Below are positions 23,109 to 35,882 of a DNA stretch of 64,000 nucleotides, piece by piece. The notes below the pieces were generated by a model that ran no database searches, was not told where the DNA came from, and saw only the letters and a program-made list of their open reading frames with translations. The stretch's first letter is position 1; every line of letters starts with the position of its first letter. The position numbers were made by a program, and so were the translations under genes. The DNA is from Heterodontus francisci. Its lineage: Eukaryota. The stretch spans positions 40,215,746 to 40,279,745 of the forward strand of contig NC_090393.1 in NCBI RefSeq assembly GCF_036365525.1. The letters are read 5' to 3'.

Positions 23109-24290
23109 TTTTTAACTTAGCAATTTATTTACAGTCTATCACAGGTTCCTTGCTTTTCAGTTTTTTTGGAGAGACAATCCAAGATGTTTTTAGGTGGGTA
23201 TGAAGATTACTAACAGCACTTGCAAGCTGGAGATTAAAACATCACCCTCTGAGCTACTCATGACAGCTGGTGAACTGGCTAAAATTCAGAATAATCTAGT
23301 GTCATACATATAATCAAGATATTAGGAGGCAATTTGGGAAATAATAATCTCTTTACCCTAATTTTTCGATGGATTTTTTTTTTGTCTTGATACAAACCAG
23401 CAACGCACAGCACAGAAAATCTAATCTTCAGTGTCCTCGACTGGACCTGTATAAAATCATAAGTAAGGAAGAAAAAACATGCACATTCATCTTCTTTAGC
23501 AATGACTGAATTCCTTACGTAATCAGATTATTTACTAAGCATCTGAGGCCCTTTCATCATAGCTTTTCAGCTGAGAAAGAGGATTCCTTCTGGACACAGT
23601 TCTTGACACTGCTTCAAGAAAAGGCACCACTCTTCACCAGGTAAAAATTAAGGAAATGTTTCAGCTGTTGAAGGATTTGATCAGTAATCCAGGGAACTAA
23701 ATGCATAATTTCTGTTCAGACTGAATGCTATTTTATTAGAATCATATTGCTACAAAATTGGAGTGAACATAAATGTGGTTCAGAATTAAGTAATCATATG
23801 CAATACAATATAAAGATCTATCTTGAATATGGAGACTTTTCCTACTGCTAGAACCTTCTGTCTAACTGTTAGTGTTATCACTGATAAATGTATTCATGTC
23901 ATTTCAGGCTTGAAGAAAACATCCATTATAACAAGCCAAGTCTTCAGAAATCACTTTGATGTTTTGTTGGTTGTGGCTTGACTGGGTAACCAATGGGTTG
24001 CTGGTTCAGATGTTAAATATTTTGAAAGTTCAAACAAGAGAAGAAAGGCTTAAACTTGTTTTACTCAACCATACCATTTTCCTTTTGAAGGGAAATGTCT
24101 TCAATAGTGCTGAACTGGTTAAAATCTGTGGTATAATTTGCGCACCACATCTAAATAATTTCACACATGATGTTACAATTATCAACATAAAATCTCTGAT
24201 AAACCATTTCCTTGTTGTTCCTTAATTATTGGCTCTTTGATGATTAAAATATTCAGATACACACTCAGTGATATTTCTCACTGCAGTGTT

Positions 24291-24990
24291 GGCCGGGATT
24301 TTGCGAGGGTTGTTGGGAGGAGGGGGAGCAGGGAATTGATAGCAAACTGTTAGCGTTCACTGTCATTACCCCTCTGAAACTGACCGCAACTTCAGGATGT
24401 CAGGCATGTGCAGATTAGTGTGGAAGTTGCGGCCTGTCACTCAGGGTTCTGGCACAGGCTGCACTGTGGACCCTCCCACCACCCCCCCCCCCACCTCCTG
24501 CCCCCCATCCTCTGTCCCCCACCCCCTGCCACCCCCCCTGCCCCCTGCCTCCACAGAACCAGCAATCATTGAAATCAGTGAGAACTTCAACTTTCCCTCT
24601 CCCACATTGCTCCCACATTAGAAACCCCATAAAAAGGTACACTTTGTTCAATCAGGTGTAACTGGGTTTCTAACGGCGATGGATTAATAAAATTTGATGA
24701 ACAATCGAACTGGCTCTGAAAAACATAATTTATATTCGTGGAGCACTATTAAATAATTCATTAATAGATTTTTCAACTAATTTTTTTTAGTCATTTTTTT
24801 AAAAGTTTTTTTTCAGAACAGTTTAGCTTCTACCTTCACTCCATGTGTATGTACCAATCTTTAATTTGCTCCATGACAAGTTTTGAAAGTAATCTGGTTT
24901 TATTGTTTTTTTTGTTTCCTTTAATGTGATTGGCTGCTTCGACTGCTAGATGACGTCTCTGCTGCTCCATGCTGGGAATGCCAATGGCTA
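24291..24990. mobile_element. Probable Harbinger-type non-autonomous element, right end unclear
   Basis: Starts GGCCGGGATTTT (same TIR type), has a C-rich interior, and shares a CAACTTC..GAT..GCATGTG..GAA.TTGC motif with 26181-27671. Confidence 0.4.
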
Positions 24991-26180
24991 TCAAGTCTTA
25001 TCACAGAGCTGCAGCCACCAGATCAATGGGCAGGTTGAGAAGACAACAGCCTCGAGTCTGGAAGAGGATATGAAGCACTGGCTTCTTCCACTACTCCAGG
25101 TATTAAGGAGGATTAAGCACAACTCCAGGAGAGAGTCTTGAGCAGCAGAGCCTTCGCAAACTGAAAGCGCAATTAGACTAAGTGGCAGCCAACTGACACC
25201 AATGTTCAAATCAAAATGCTTATTAACAATCTAATTTGAATCATCACTAAGACTCAGTTGAATTCTGTGGTTCATATGCAGTGCACTCAAGACAATATTC
25301 CTTGCTCAGGCAGTTGACATGTTTATAGCGTCACGGGAAGACCATAGAGGAGGTTGAAGCAAACATGAATATCAATACATTATTCAAATATAACAATGTG
25401 GCATCAACATGAGACTTCAAGAAAGGAATGCATTATAAAAGGAATTAGATGTTTTATGGAAATTGCCATTATCTGCGTCCAGTGTTTTCAATGTATAATT
25501 TATATAAAACTACACCTGACTTTTACTGTCTCCAGAAAAATACTGCTATTTGAAACATCTGATGCGTTTCCTTTTCTATTCTTCAGCAAACATGTTTTCC
25601 TCTCGTCAGTTATTACTAGGATGCCATTTTGTTTACACAGTCAGGAAACAGGAAAAATGTTAGGACTACAATTCAAACCATATTTAATGTTTTTGAAAAT
25701 GTTTCAAATGACGTGTTTTGCAGATACAAAGACGGTAGCATTTCAACGCATTCTAATTGATATGATGATTGTATTACAATTTGGTTCATCTTCCATAAGA
25801 TGAGGAATGTGAAGAAAAAGCTAAATAACTCAGGAGAGTCCATAATAGAGTAATTTCTCCATGGTCCAGTGGAAAGAGTGGAAAAATGCTACAGGGTTTC
25901 CCTTTTCTTGTTCCATACTTCTCATTTACTTTATTTCCTGTTTTTTTCCATTCCTTATCTGAAGACAGTAACTCATATTGTGTTAAAGTTCTATGGTGCT
26001 AACAGCCTTTCTGTACTTAGTACTGCTGTCTATATTATGAGCCGAGACAAGCTAGTCAACATGGCCCATGAGATTGCTTATAACATTGGTATAATGGTAT
26101 CACAAATAGAAAATGGCTACTTAATTGAAGTACCAGAGGATAGCCACCACCTATGGAATCTTCCCCTCGCATGAGCCAAT

Positions 26181-27671
26181 GGCCCAAATTTTAGAGTCAG
26201 CAGTGAAGGAATGACACTCCTTGCTGACAGTTGCCCATAAAGTTTTTGGGAGTTTTAGAGCAGGGACTTGCTCTAATCCAGCATCTAATCCAGCGTGGCT
26301 CCCTCTACAGGGCATCTGTGGCATCTATGAGCAGGACAAGGAACAGTGAAGCTCTTCAACAAATCAGATTACAGAATCCTCACTGAGATACACTGGGCTG
26401 AATCTTAACCCTCAAAAGTGGGTGGGTTGAGGTTGGGTGAGATAGTAAAACTTTAAAAATATCAAACTAGACCCCAACTCACTCATTTCTGGGTTTAACA
26501 GTGGCAGGCCAATGGGCGGGCAGGCAGCCAACCCACTCCCAGTTGATTGGGAAGACAGATGGAATAAAGGGAGAGAGAGTTAAAAGAGACAGAATTTTAA
26601 AAAAAATCTCCAACACTAATTAACTTCTGAAGCAATGAGACTTCATATTTATAAAATTAAATTTTCAGGGCCAGAGAGAATGTTTGGCAGTAACAATCAA
26701 ATTTCACACAGTTAAAAATTCACTTACTCCTCACTCCACCAGCCCTAACTTTTTATAATGTCTTTAGTGGGGAATTAATGGGCAAGTACCCTAAGTTCAC
26801 GACATTGCCTGTGTTTCAATGCTAAGTCTATCGGCGTGGACTGCTACCATGCACTGTGTGAAGGTACAGTGTAACTCAGACCTCAACTTCCAGATTTCCA
26901 TGGGCTAGATTTTATTTTAGTGGTGGGGGTCCTAATGAAAAGCTGAAAGTGGGGGGCGACCCCACCTCGGCCATTTAATGGACCCTCGGTCAAATTCCAT
27001 GGCGGGCAGGCAATTAACTGCCCACTGTCAGGGATGCCATCCCCTTTAAGGGACAAGTGCTCATCACAAGAGCTACCAGCTAATCCGAGGGTTAGCTGCT
27101 CAGCAGAGACACCGAGCAGTGGCCACTGCTGATACTGCAGGAGGCCCAAAGCAGCAGCCATGAAGGTGGCCCTGGAAGACAGTTGAGTGGGGTCAGGATG
27201 ACCGGGGCCACTCAGGTAGGTCCTGGTGAGGTGGGGGAATGGGGGTCACTTCTGAGAGCAGGGGAGGTGGGGCTCTTTTGGGGGTGGGGGGTGGCGCTTG
27301 TTGCCAGGAGTCCCTCCCCAGCCTGGAAGGAGGCCGCCAGATTTTACTGGGCAGTCTCCCCAGCAGTGGAGGAAGAGGTCCTTAAGTGGCCACTTAAAGT
27401 CCTCAATTGACCTCTGGGGTGGGAAGACCATTCTTGGACCTTCCCCACTCTTGGTAAAATTCGATGGTGTCAAGAAGGCGACGGGCACTCTACGCCCACC
27501 TTCACTCTCCATTTTGTGCACCCCTGCCTCACAAACTATCCCTAGACAGCTGATAAGATCCAACCCCTTGTTTAAATATGCATGTGTGGACACCAGGAAT
27601 TGCTGTCCAATTTGCTTCATGATAACAGTGAGTGAGGTTAGCCTCACTTATTATAAATGCAATATCCGGCC
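26181..27671. mobile_element. Harbinger-type non-autonomous element hosting a nested MITE
   Basis: GGCCCAAATTTT ... AATATCCGGCC termini, flanks AAT/ACT. Confidence 0.55.
26902..27566. mobile_element. Harbinger-type MITE, inverted relative to 20017 and 33336
   Basis: GGGCTAGATTTTA / TAAGATCCAACCC, flanks CAT/CTT. AAGGAGGCCGCCAGATTTTACTGG and CTTAAGTGGCCA are shared with the other MITEs. Confidence 0.75.
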
Positions 27672-28489
27672 ACTGACTTTAGAAGAGAATGGAAAAAGGA
27701 ATTTAAAAATCAGCTTCCATTTGTAAAGTTGCTATACCGTTAACTATTAATATAGTAACAATCCTACATCTGCATGTAATTCCTGTCTACAAAGCCTTAT
27801 TTTCAGTTATCACCTTTTTGCCTTATTTTTGTTTCAACTTTTTCTGTTTGAATTTCCACTATTCATGTTTATCGCCATGTCATGATGTAATTACACCAAA
27901 CCACGAGTGGTGAATTTGCACCTCCCAGATCCTCAGACTTTACTACAGAGAAACTTCCAACCAATTCTATGGCTGGAAAATTTGGCCCTGTTGTGCTCAT
28001 ATTTCCAGTCTACAGGTGCCATTTTGGTTGAAGAATGGTGTCTGTGCTGCATCTGCACACTTCCTGTGCAGCCTTTTATTGAGGGAATTAGTGGGGGTGT
28101 TAGGAGCACGTGCTGGAAGTATGCAGAGTAGGCAGATCGTAACATCAGTCAGTAACATTGATTTTCACCAGCGTTGCTATTTTCAACCTCAAGGCTTTTA
28201 CCCTCACACAGTTGAACATGCATTTAATAACAGGAAGGACCACCACTCCAAGCCACTCCCCTCCACCCCCACCACCACCACCAGTGTTATTTCAAGGGAT
28301 CATCAACTACTTTCAGGTTAATTGTTGATTGATTTCTCCTGACGGTGGCTGAGCTCATAGAAGCGCTGTGAGTTTTCTACTATTATTTAAAGTTGGTGAT
28401 GTCTATAGGGAATGGTATGGGTGAAGGTCTTGGTTCTGACTTCAAGGGTTCTGCTCAGACCACTTGCACCCAGACATGATGTTGTAGTT

Positions 28490-29560
28490 ACCATGCCCCT
28501 TAGCCTGCAGTATGCGAAGGAGATTGAGCAGAGACAACACAGGGGAGGACAAGCTGCTCGAAGAGTGAGGAGGAGAAGGGGGAGAAGGGCTCTCAGCAGA
28601 AGGCCTTATCCATCCAGGGCCTTCAAGAAGAAATTCCCGTACCTCAACCTCAGTGAGGAACAGACATGGGACATCTCCATTTTACGGAGGAGGTGCTCAG
28701 TGAAATCAATCTCTTGCAGGTAGACCTGCAACCTCAGAGCAGGGTGAGGATGGTGCTGCCAAAGGCTGTGAAGTTGACCATGGCCACGAACTTCATCGAA
28801 TCAGGATACTTTCAGGCTGGAGCAGGCAATCTCTGCAACATTTCCCATTTTTCCCACTGCTACATAAGTGAGGTGACTGACAATCTGTATGCCAGGAGAG
28901 AGGAGTACATTGCATTCTCTCTGGCCAAAGAGAAGCAGGCAAAGTGTGCACATGGCTTCACCAGGATAGCAGACTTCTCCATGGTGCAAGATGCCGCTGA
29001 CTGGATATATGTGGTTTTGCAGGCATAGCATCTAAATGCTGAGATGTACTGCAGCCGCAGAGAGTTCCAGTCCCTGAATGTGCAGCTGTTGTGTTACCAT
29101 ACTCAACATATCATGTAGATGAATGCTCATTATCCTGGCAGCAGTCATGATGCAGTTATTCTGCCTGAGTTCAATATTTGAGCCATCACGTCAAACTTGA
29201 GGGTGACTATTGAGCTGACTACCTGGCTCATGACTGCGGTGCATAACCGAAGGACAAATGGGCAGCATATGTATAACAAGAGCCATGCTGCCACACAAAA
29301 TGTCCACAAGAAGACCATTAGGGTGCTTAAGCAACACTCCCACTGACTGAACCCCTTTAGAGAAATCCTGTAGCACTCTCCAGAGCATGGGCCATGATTT
29401 GTCGTGGTCAGGCGCATCCTGCAAAACTTTGCCATCATGAGGGTACAGCTCTTACCTCCAGGTATACATGAGCAGCTGAGGAGGAGGAGGAGGAAGGGAG
29501 GAGACAATTAACACATCTCCTTTCTGATTGGGCTGTGATCGACTCATCCAACTACGGTAC
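28490..29560 (+). pseudogene. Harbinger (HARBI1-like DDE) transposase remnant
   Basis: YLNLSEEQ, LPKAVKLTMATNFIESGYFQ, GFTRIADFSMVQDAADWIYV, FQSLNVQLLC, AHYPGSSHDAVIL, YNKSHAATQNV. Multiple stops and frameshifts. Confidence 0.88.
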
Positions 29561-29749
29561 CAGTGAATGCAACTCCAATTCCCCATTCAGTCCCACACCT
29601 TACTTTCCCTCTGTTACTGACCATCACAGTGTCCTCTTGGCCACAATGCTGAAATAAAGTTATCACAAAACAAACATTCCAAATTAACTTTATCAAACAA
29701 ACCATCCAATATTCTAATTACTCCTGTGTATTCCTTTAGTGCCTGACAT

Positions 29750-31555
29750 TTGTGTGTGTCTTTTCCTGGCTTCATGCTCCTATGGAGTGCTACCCATTGG
29801 CTGCAGCATGGTTGGCTGATGGAAGGCTGTTGACTTTCAGTGGGGTAAACTGCAGGTGGCCTTGCAGGATGACCTCAAGCAGCTCTGGGCCTAAAAGTCC
29901 CGTCTTCGGACTACACCACCTCGGCTGGGTGGTAGCAGTCTGCGCTGGCTGGCTGACATGCAATAGCATGGGTACTGGTAGAGTGGCGATGGGTGGAGGA
30001 CCTGCTAAGAGAGGACAGCAAGTTTGTGCTCCACGGAGCTATGGCCACTCCCCCAGGGTGGTTGTCTCAGTAATCCTAGTAATCTGTTGGAGGACAGATT
30101 GCTGGACTACTGTGAAAACCTCCAAGCCTCTTTGAGCACTGATATCCAGTCTTGTTGGCAGCAGTCTGAGCTTGCATGACTTCAGTCTAAGTTTCCACTG
30201 CAGCACTCAGATGTTGGGTGTCTTCTGTTTGCATTGCAATGGAAGCTAAGACATCAGTCATCAGATGCTGCATCATGGTCGGTCATCAAGTGTTCTCATG
30301 GAGTTGACCACCACTTTCGCGCTGGAAGGAATTGGTTCCAAGCACTGCATCTGTGCCAAGTTGGTGCCAGACTCCTCCATGCTCCTTGACAGTGACAGTT
30401 GGCTTTCTAGAAGGCCTAACAATGCAGCAAGAATTTAAATGTGCATACCCATCAACCTTTTACTATACCCAGTCCCATCAAAGTCCTCATCTGAGTTGTC
30501 TGCAGCAGAACTCGTATGCAACCTCACCCTCCAGGGACTTGGAACCTGTGCTCCCTTTCCAGCTGCCCTGGCTGCAGGCCACTTCTGCCCAGTGACTCAC
30601 CACATGCAGGCCCCACTTCTATGCTGCCCTCGAAAGTATTCACAGGGCTAGTATCTGAGCTGGTGACTGCGAGCGTGAGATCATGTGACAGTGTAACATC
30701 ATCGTCAGTCTCTTCTTCCTCTTGCATTCATGCTCCTGCACTAGTGTCTGTGGCCAGATGGCAATTTTTGGATACCTGAAAGGAAAAGGATACAAGGATA
30801 GGGTGCAGTGCAGGCAAAAGGGGAAAGAAAGAGGTACATGCTTAAACCATTGGAAGCTTGAGAATCAGAAGATCTTGCAGCATGAGAGGGCAGTGGGATG
30901 TGAGAAGGAGGGTTAAGTAGGAACGTCCCACCATCTTTAATCTTTCCAGCCCTGCTGCTGTCCATGGTCTCAGTCCTGGCCATTACAATGATGGTGAGCA
31001 CCATCCCCTCCATCAGGGTATAGATATGCAACTGTGTCTGTGCCCCCACTGATTAGGTGCTGCAAGAGAGAGGGAAGTGGGTCAGTGAGTCTGGTGCAAT
31101 GTATTTGGGTCATGTGGTTGTGATGATTGAATAGCTGGCACTGTGTGCAAGCTGTGCGATATGGTTGCTAATTGTGTAAGGGTGAGGCAAAGCTATGAAT
31201 GTGAGATGTAACTCTTGATTGATGGAGATTGTTGGTAGGTGAGTGATGGGGGTGTGGTGCATTGAGCAGTGTGTGAGGCTGGTGGCTCAGTTGGTGGAAC
31301 GAGGCATTCGAAAATGCATTCCTAATCTTGACCACTTATGTGAGATCACGGAATCTCTCTTGGTACTGCATCCAGGTCCTAGTGGCTACACCTGTTATTG
31401 ACCTACATGACTATCTGGTCCCATTGCCCTCTCAGAATTTGTCCTTGCCCCCCTGTGGATAATTGACCTCTTGCCTCCTGGTCAAAGGCCTGTAGTGCTG
31501 TGTTGGAAAATTTTGGAGCCTGCTATCTGCCAAGTTGTGCCATTCCTGCATCTTT
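29750..31555 (-). pseudogene. Harbinger Myb/SANT-like DNA-binding protein remnant
   Basis: Minus strand APKFSNTALQAL..RRQEV..RTWMQ (Myb_DNA-bind_5-like) and an acidic low-complexity exon QEEEETDDDVTLSHDLT. Confidence 0.65.
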
Positions 31556-32629
31556 CCCAGGTCCAAGTCACTTCTGCAATGAATTCTAGCACCTGCTTCA
31601 GCCAAAATGCACCTTCCCTTTAAGATGTGTGGGCTTGCTTTAAGTAGCACAGACCAGCTTGAACTTGTACTAGCCTTTAATGACTTTACATCCCCTGCTC
31701 AGGCGGACAACCATTCAACAGTGTGCTTAGCGCTGGTTGCATGCTGCAAACATATAAATGAACAAACAGCATAAAGTTTGCATGCGGCCTACATTGGAAC
31801 AATTGTACGTTAATTGGGCATCACATTCCCCATGCCTGTTGTTGGACCTTATCCAATTTTCCTCCTGATTTCTCTACTTCCAAAATTGACTCAAGCTTTG
31901 CTGCTTAACAGTTTATAATATAAAAACAAATTATCTTATAAAAATAAGGATAAAATCAGTAACTTTAAAGTGGAGACTGAGTATAATATATATCTTATCA
32001 AAAATCTTACCTCTGCTCCTTAATTTAATATTGCCTCGCATGTTAACCTTCTTCATGTGAAGACTGTATTTGGACTTGACTTCTCTTTTGTAATACCACA
32101 GGAGACTGATTAGTTGTATGTAATTATAAGGACAGAATGTATGAATTTAAAATTGGGTCCGAGTTATGTCTGCATGCCCTGAATCCATTATTCCCACCCT
32201 CTAATCCTGTTTCACCAGAAGACTACACTCAGCCTTTGCTCTCTGTATGCAGCATCAGAGGAGATCAGCTATAAAATTTCTCTGTCATTTATACCTAATA
32301 ATAATAATAATCTGAAGACTGAAGAAAATAAACAGTGACTGCTTCTGAAGAGAATTTTTGTTCAATACAACAGCTTCTTTTCCTACAGTTTTCAAGGACT
32401 AATTTACAAATATAAATCAGAGCATCTGATTTAAGTGTAGAATTTGAATGTAGCAAACTGTGGCTTTTCACTCTCACTGTCCAAATGTTGCTCACATCTT
32501 TAATTTTGATAGTTTGAGGCATTAAATGTTATGTGGAAAGGTTCAGGAGTTAACCCATCAAGTCTCATTTATTATAGAAACAAATATTATTATTGGACTC
32601 TGAGGGTAAATTTCAAGGAGAGATTACAC

Positions 32630-32985
32630 ACGTTTTGATTGTACTATCTGGAATTTAGAAGGTTAAGGGGTGATTTGATTAAAGTTTTCAAGATATTAAG
32701 GGGGTAGATAGAGAGAAACTATTTCCACTGATTTGGGAGTCCAGAACTAGGGATCATAGTCTAGAAATGAGAAGTTTGGAACTCTCTTTAGAAAATAGCA
32801 ATTGATGCTAGATCCATTGTTACTTTTAAAACTGAGATTGATAGATTTTTGTCAACCAAGATATTAAGAGATATGGGCCAAAGGCTGGTATATGGAATTA
32901 GATCACAGAACAACCATAATCACATTGAATGGCAGAATAGGCTTAAGGAACTAAATGGCCTACTCCTGTTCATATGTTCCTGTGT
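32630..32985 (+). mobile_element. CR1 3' fragment
   Basis: GGAATTTAGAAGGTTAAGGGGTGATTTGAT ... AATGGCCTACTCCTGTTC. Same subfamily pattern as 59400-59796. Confidence 0.85.
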
Positions 32986-33335
32986 TAAACATCCTATGTT
33001 AAAAATAAAGGCCCTTACTTCCATTGATTTTGAAAGGTTTACAATTCCTGTCACTCATTTTCTCCCCAAAATCTCACTGATTCGAATGGTCATATTTTTG
33101 TAGATGATGGTTGTCAGGTTATATTCATGTTTCTGTTCCTGTGCCATATCTGTGTACGCAGGTGGCTAGCAATTTTGCCCACTTTTGTAGTATGGCTGTT
33201 ATCACTGGCAGGTGGAGTGTCCGTCTAAGGCTGGCTCAACAATATCTTTTCTTTCAAATATATGAGTTGTAAAAGAGATTTTCTTTACTCATTTGAGAGA
33301 CATTATGGAAATGGTTACAATGTAATGAAGGCACA

Positions 33336-34106
33336 GGCCAGAATTTTACGCACGGCTGCCTCGCCCCCCCCCCCCCCCACCCCCCACCGCAGGAGTGGGC
33401 TGGTGGCGGGGGAAGGGGGGTCGTCAAATTGAGTGGGGGGCAGGGGGTGCCGTTCCCGTTGTCTTTCCACCCCCCGCTGCAATTTTACAAGCAGCGGTGG
33501 CAGCGAGAAACAACCCGCCCACCACAGGCCAATTAAGGCCCTTAAGTGGCCAATTAACTGCCACTTCAAGGCCTCCGCCCACCACCACTGGTATATTACT
33601 GCAGCTGGCGGGCAGCTCAGGCCCCCCCAGTAAAACCTGGCAGCCTCCTTACAGGCTGGGGGGGTGGTTCTCTTGATTGGGTACCCTGTGCTCCACAGAG
33701 GGCACCCCCATGGCCCAACCGCCCCCACTAAAATACATTCCCCCACCCTCTCCCAACCAACTCCCATTGCCTCGCCAGGGTCCAGCCAATTGTCCCTGGT
33801 GAGGCCCCACAAACTTACCTTTTTTCTGGGGCTGGAGTCCCTCTTGCGCCTCTCCCTGGCTGCAGTCCCAGAAGTGGCAACTGCTCCCAGTGGCGCTGCT
33901 GAGACTGAGAGCTGCTGGCCTGCTGATTTGCCAGCAGCTCATGGAGGTGGGACTTCCTGCCTCTGGGGCAAAAGTCCCACCCAAGGCCAATTAAGGGCCT
34001 GGGCCATGTAAAATCATAGTGTGGCTCCCAGGCCAGCTGGAGGCGGGCTCGCCCCTGACTTTTTGGCCAGTGGGTGGGGCCTTCCACCCAATGTAAAATT
34101 CTGGCC
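33336..34106. mobile_element. Harbinger-type MITE with perfect 14-bp TIRs
   Basis: GGCCAGAATTTTAC / GTAAAATTCTGGCC, 3-bp flanks ACA/ATA. Confidence 0.92.
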
Positions 34107-34120
34107 ATAGAATAGCGTCA

Positions 34121-34850
34121 TAGGGAATTTTATACTGTCCCCAGCAGTGGGTTTGGAACATATAATTGGTGGGATGGTGGTGGCGGGGGGCTGGCGAAAA
34201 CAGCCACCATTCCGCCTCTGCTGACATTTAGTCTGAGGCAGGAAGGCCTGTGAATGGCCTTCCCACCCTGCTGCCAAATGAATCCCTTAACTGGGTAATT
34301 AATCCCTAATTAAGGTCCTCTTCCCACTCCACCTGCAATTACCCTTGCGGTGGGCGGCCCTGTCGCTGCACAGGAAGCACAGCACAAAAAAACTATGCAG
34401 GCTGCTTCCCAGCTGCAGGGGTGGGGGTGGAGGTGGGTGGTCCCTCATTCAAAGGCACTTGCCTGACCAAGGGACCCAGCATCAAAAACGGAGAGCTATC
34501 CCCCCTGCCCTTGCTGTCAACCCCCCTCACCCCTCCCCTACGACCTCCACCACACTAGACCCCTCCCTCCCTGACCTACCTTACGCCTGGTTCCAGCACC
34601 ACTCCTCTGGTGTCTGGCCACTGCAGCTACAGCAGCAACCACCGCCTCTGTACTGGCGCTGCAGCTGCTCACCTCTGATTGAGACTTCTGGCGACGGTGT
34701 ACTAAATTCTACGGAAGGCCTGCCACTGTCAAGTTAATTGCCTGATTGGCACCAAATACGGTGGGCCTTCCGTATAAGAGGAGATGTGGGGATCTTGGTG
34801 TTGGTTTCCCCCAATGTGGAGACCCCTGCTGCCAGCGTAAGATGCCACCC
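34121..34850. mobile_element. Related, more decayed Harbinger-type MITE
   Basis: GGGAATTTTAT start, GTAAGATGCCACCC end, shared CCTTAA..GG.AATTAA motif. Confidence 0.6.
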
Positions 34851-35030
34851 ATAGAGCCATTTACACATATGAGGCAGGCATTTGGCCCATCGAGTCCATG
34901 CTGGCTCTCCGTGGAGCGATCCAGTCAGTCCCACTCCCCTCTCGATCCCCATTGCCCTGCAAGTTTATTTCCTTCAAGTGCCCATCCAATTTCCTTTGAA
35001 ATCATTGATTGTCACTGCTTCTACCACCCT
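34851..35030 (-). mobile_element. CR1 3' end fragment
   Basis: GGAGGC-like/TTTGGCCCATCGAGTCCATGCTGGCTCTC...CCAATTTCCTTTGAA. Confidence 0.8.
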
Positions 35031-35746
35031 TGTAGTATTAATAGTAATAATAATGAAGGAAAAAGAAGCAAGATGTCTTGATAGGTACAAAAATTGATGT
35101 TAAAATAATTACATTTGTATGGCGTCACAGGCCGTTGTCATAATGCAATGATCCCATCAAATACAAACTTGTCTTTTATATGTGGGAAAAATCACATGTG
35201 CTGCTTTGAATATTTTCCTTCCTCAGTCAAAAAGCCTTTAATTGAAGAAAACTGTTTTGAAAGGCATGATATTGGATTACTTGAATTTAGGAGTTCCCAG
35301 GAATAAGTCAGTTCCAAGTTCTGAAGTAACCATCTTTCAGTCAGTTGTTTTGTATACAGTTAGACTGCATGAATTAACCAGGTATAGAACTGTAGTTTCA
35401 TATGAAGGTCTTCAGAAGGATTTGGCTTCGGACAAAGAAGCAGCAGGAGCTGAACAATGAGGCAATATGTGGGTAAACTATGTTAAGTGGTATGCAATCT
35501 GTAATCCATGTGTTTGATTGTTGGGCAGTCTAATTTGCCTGCTTTTAATACAAACCTGGACAAAAACCACAGCCATGTATTTTCCAGTTGTGATTAATTC
35601 TAGACTGTTCCATACGGTTTTCCTTTTTAGGTGATGCAATGCTTGGAACACGAATAAGTTACGGCCTGAAGTAATAGAAAATGGATTTTTATGTACAATT
35701 CCAACAAATAGGAATTTGCCACAAAGGCAGGAGAGAATTTGAGGGG

Positions 35747-35882
35747 TCTGCAAGAAGGGCTTTGACCTGAAACATTAACCTACGTTCTGCACACCAAAGA
35801 TGCTGGGTGACCGTCTGAGCATTTTCCAGCATTTTCTTTTTTATTTCAGGTTTCCAGAATCTGCAGTATTTTGCTTTTTGGG
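35747..35882 (+). mobile_element. Penelope-like terminal fragment
   Basis: GACCTGAAACATTAAC...GATGCTG..TGACC..CTGAGCATTTTCCAGCATTTTC..TTTATTTCAG.TTTCCAG.ATCTGCAGTA is the reverse complement of the 6342 copy. Confidence 0.65.

Larger units (their letters stand above)
27971..31865 (+). mobile_element. Fossil autonomous PIF/Harbinger transposon (transposase + convergent Myb/SANT-like gene)
   Basis: Degenerate TIRs GGCTGGAAAATTTGG / CCAATTTTCCTCC enclose the two gene remnants listed below. Confidence 0.8.

Noticed and set aside
25869-26174. 101-aa ORF
   Set aside because: GTG start, no recognisable domain, and a length expected by chance.
28412-29507. Domesticated HARBI1 gene
   Set aside because: Multiple stops and frameshifts, degenerate catalytic motifs, and TIR-like ends with a Myb partner indicate a dead transposon.
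32011-32105. Minus-strand exon with donor GAG|GTAAGA
   Set aside because: Weak acceptor, unrecognised peptide, no partner exons.
33315-34737. Many overlapping GC-rich ORFs or a CpG-island promoter (also 20027-20755, 26883-27726)
   Set aside because: They lie inside GC-rich MITEs and give low-complexity peptides in several frames.
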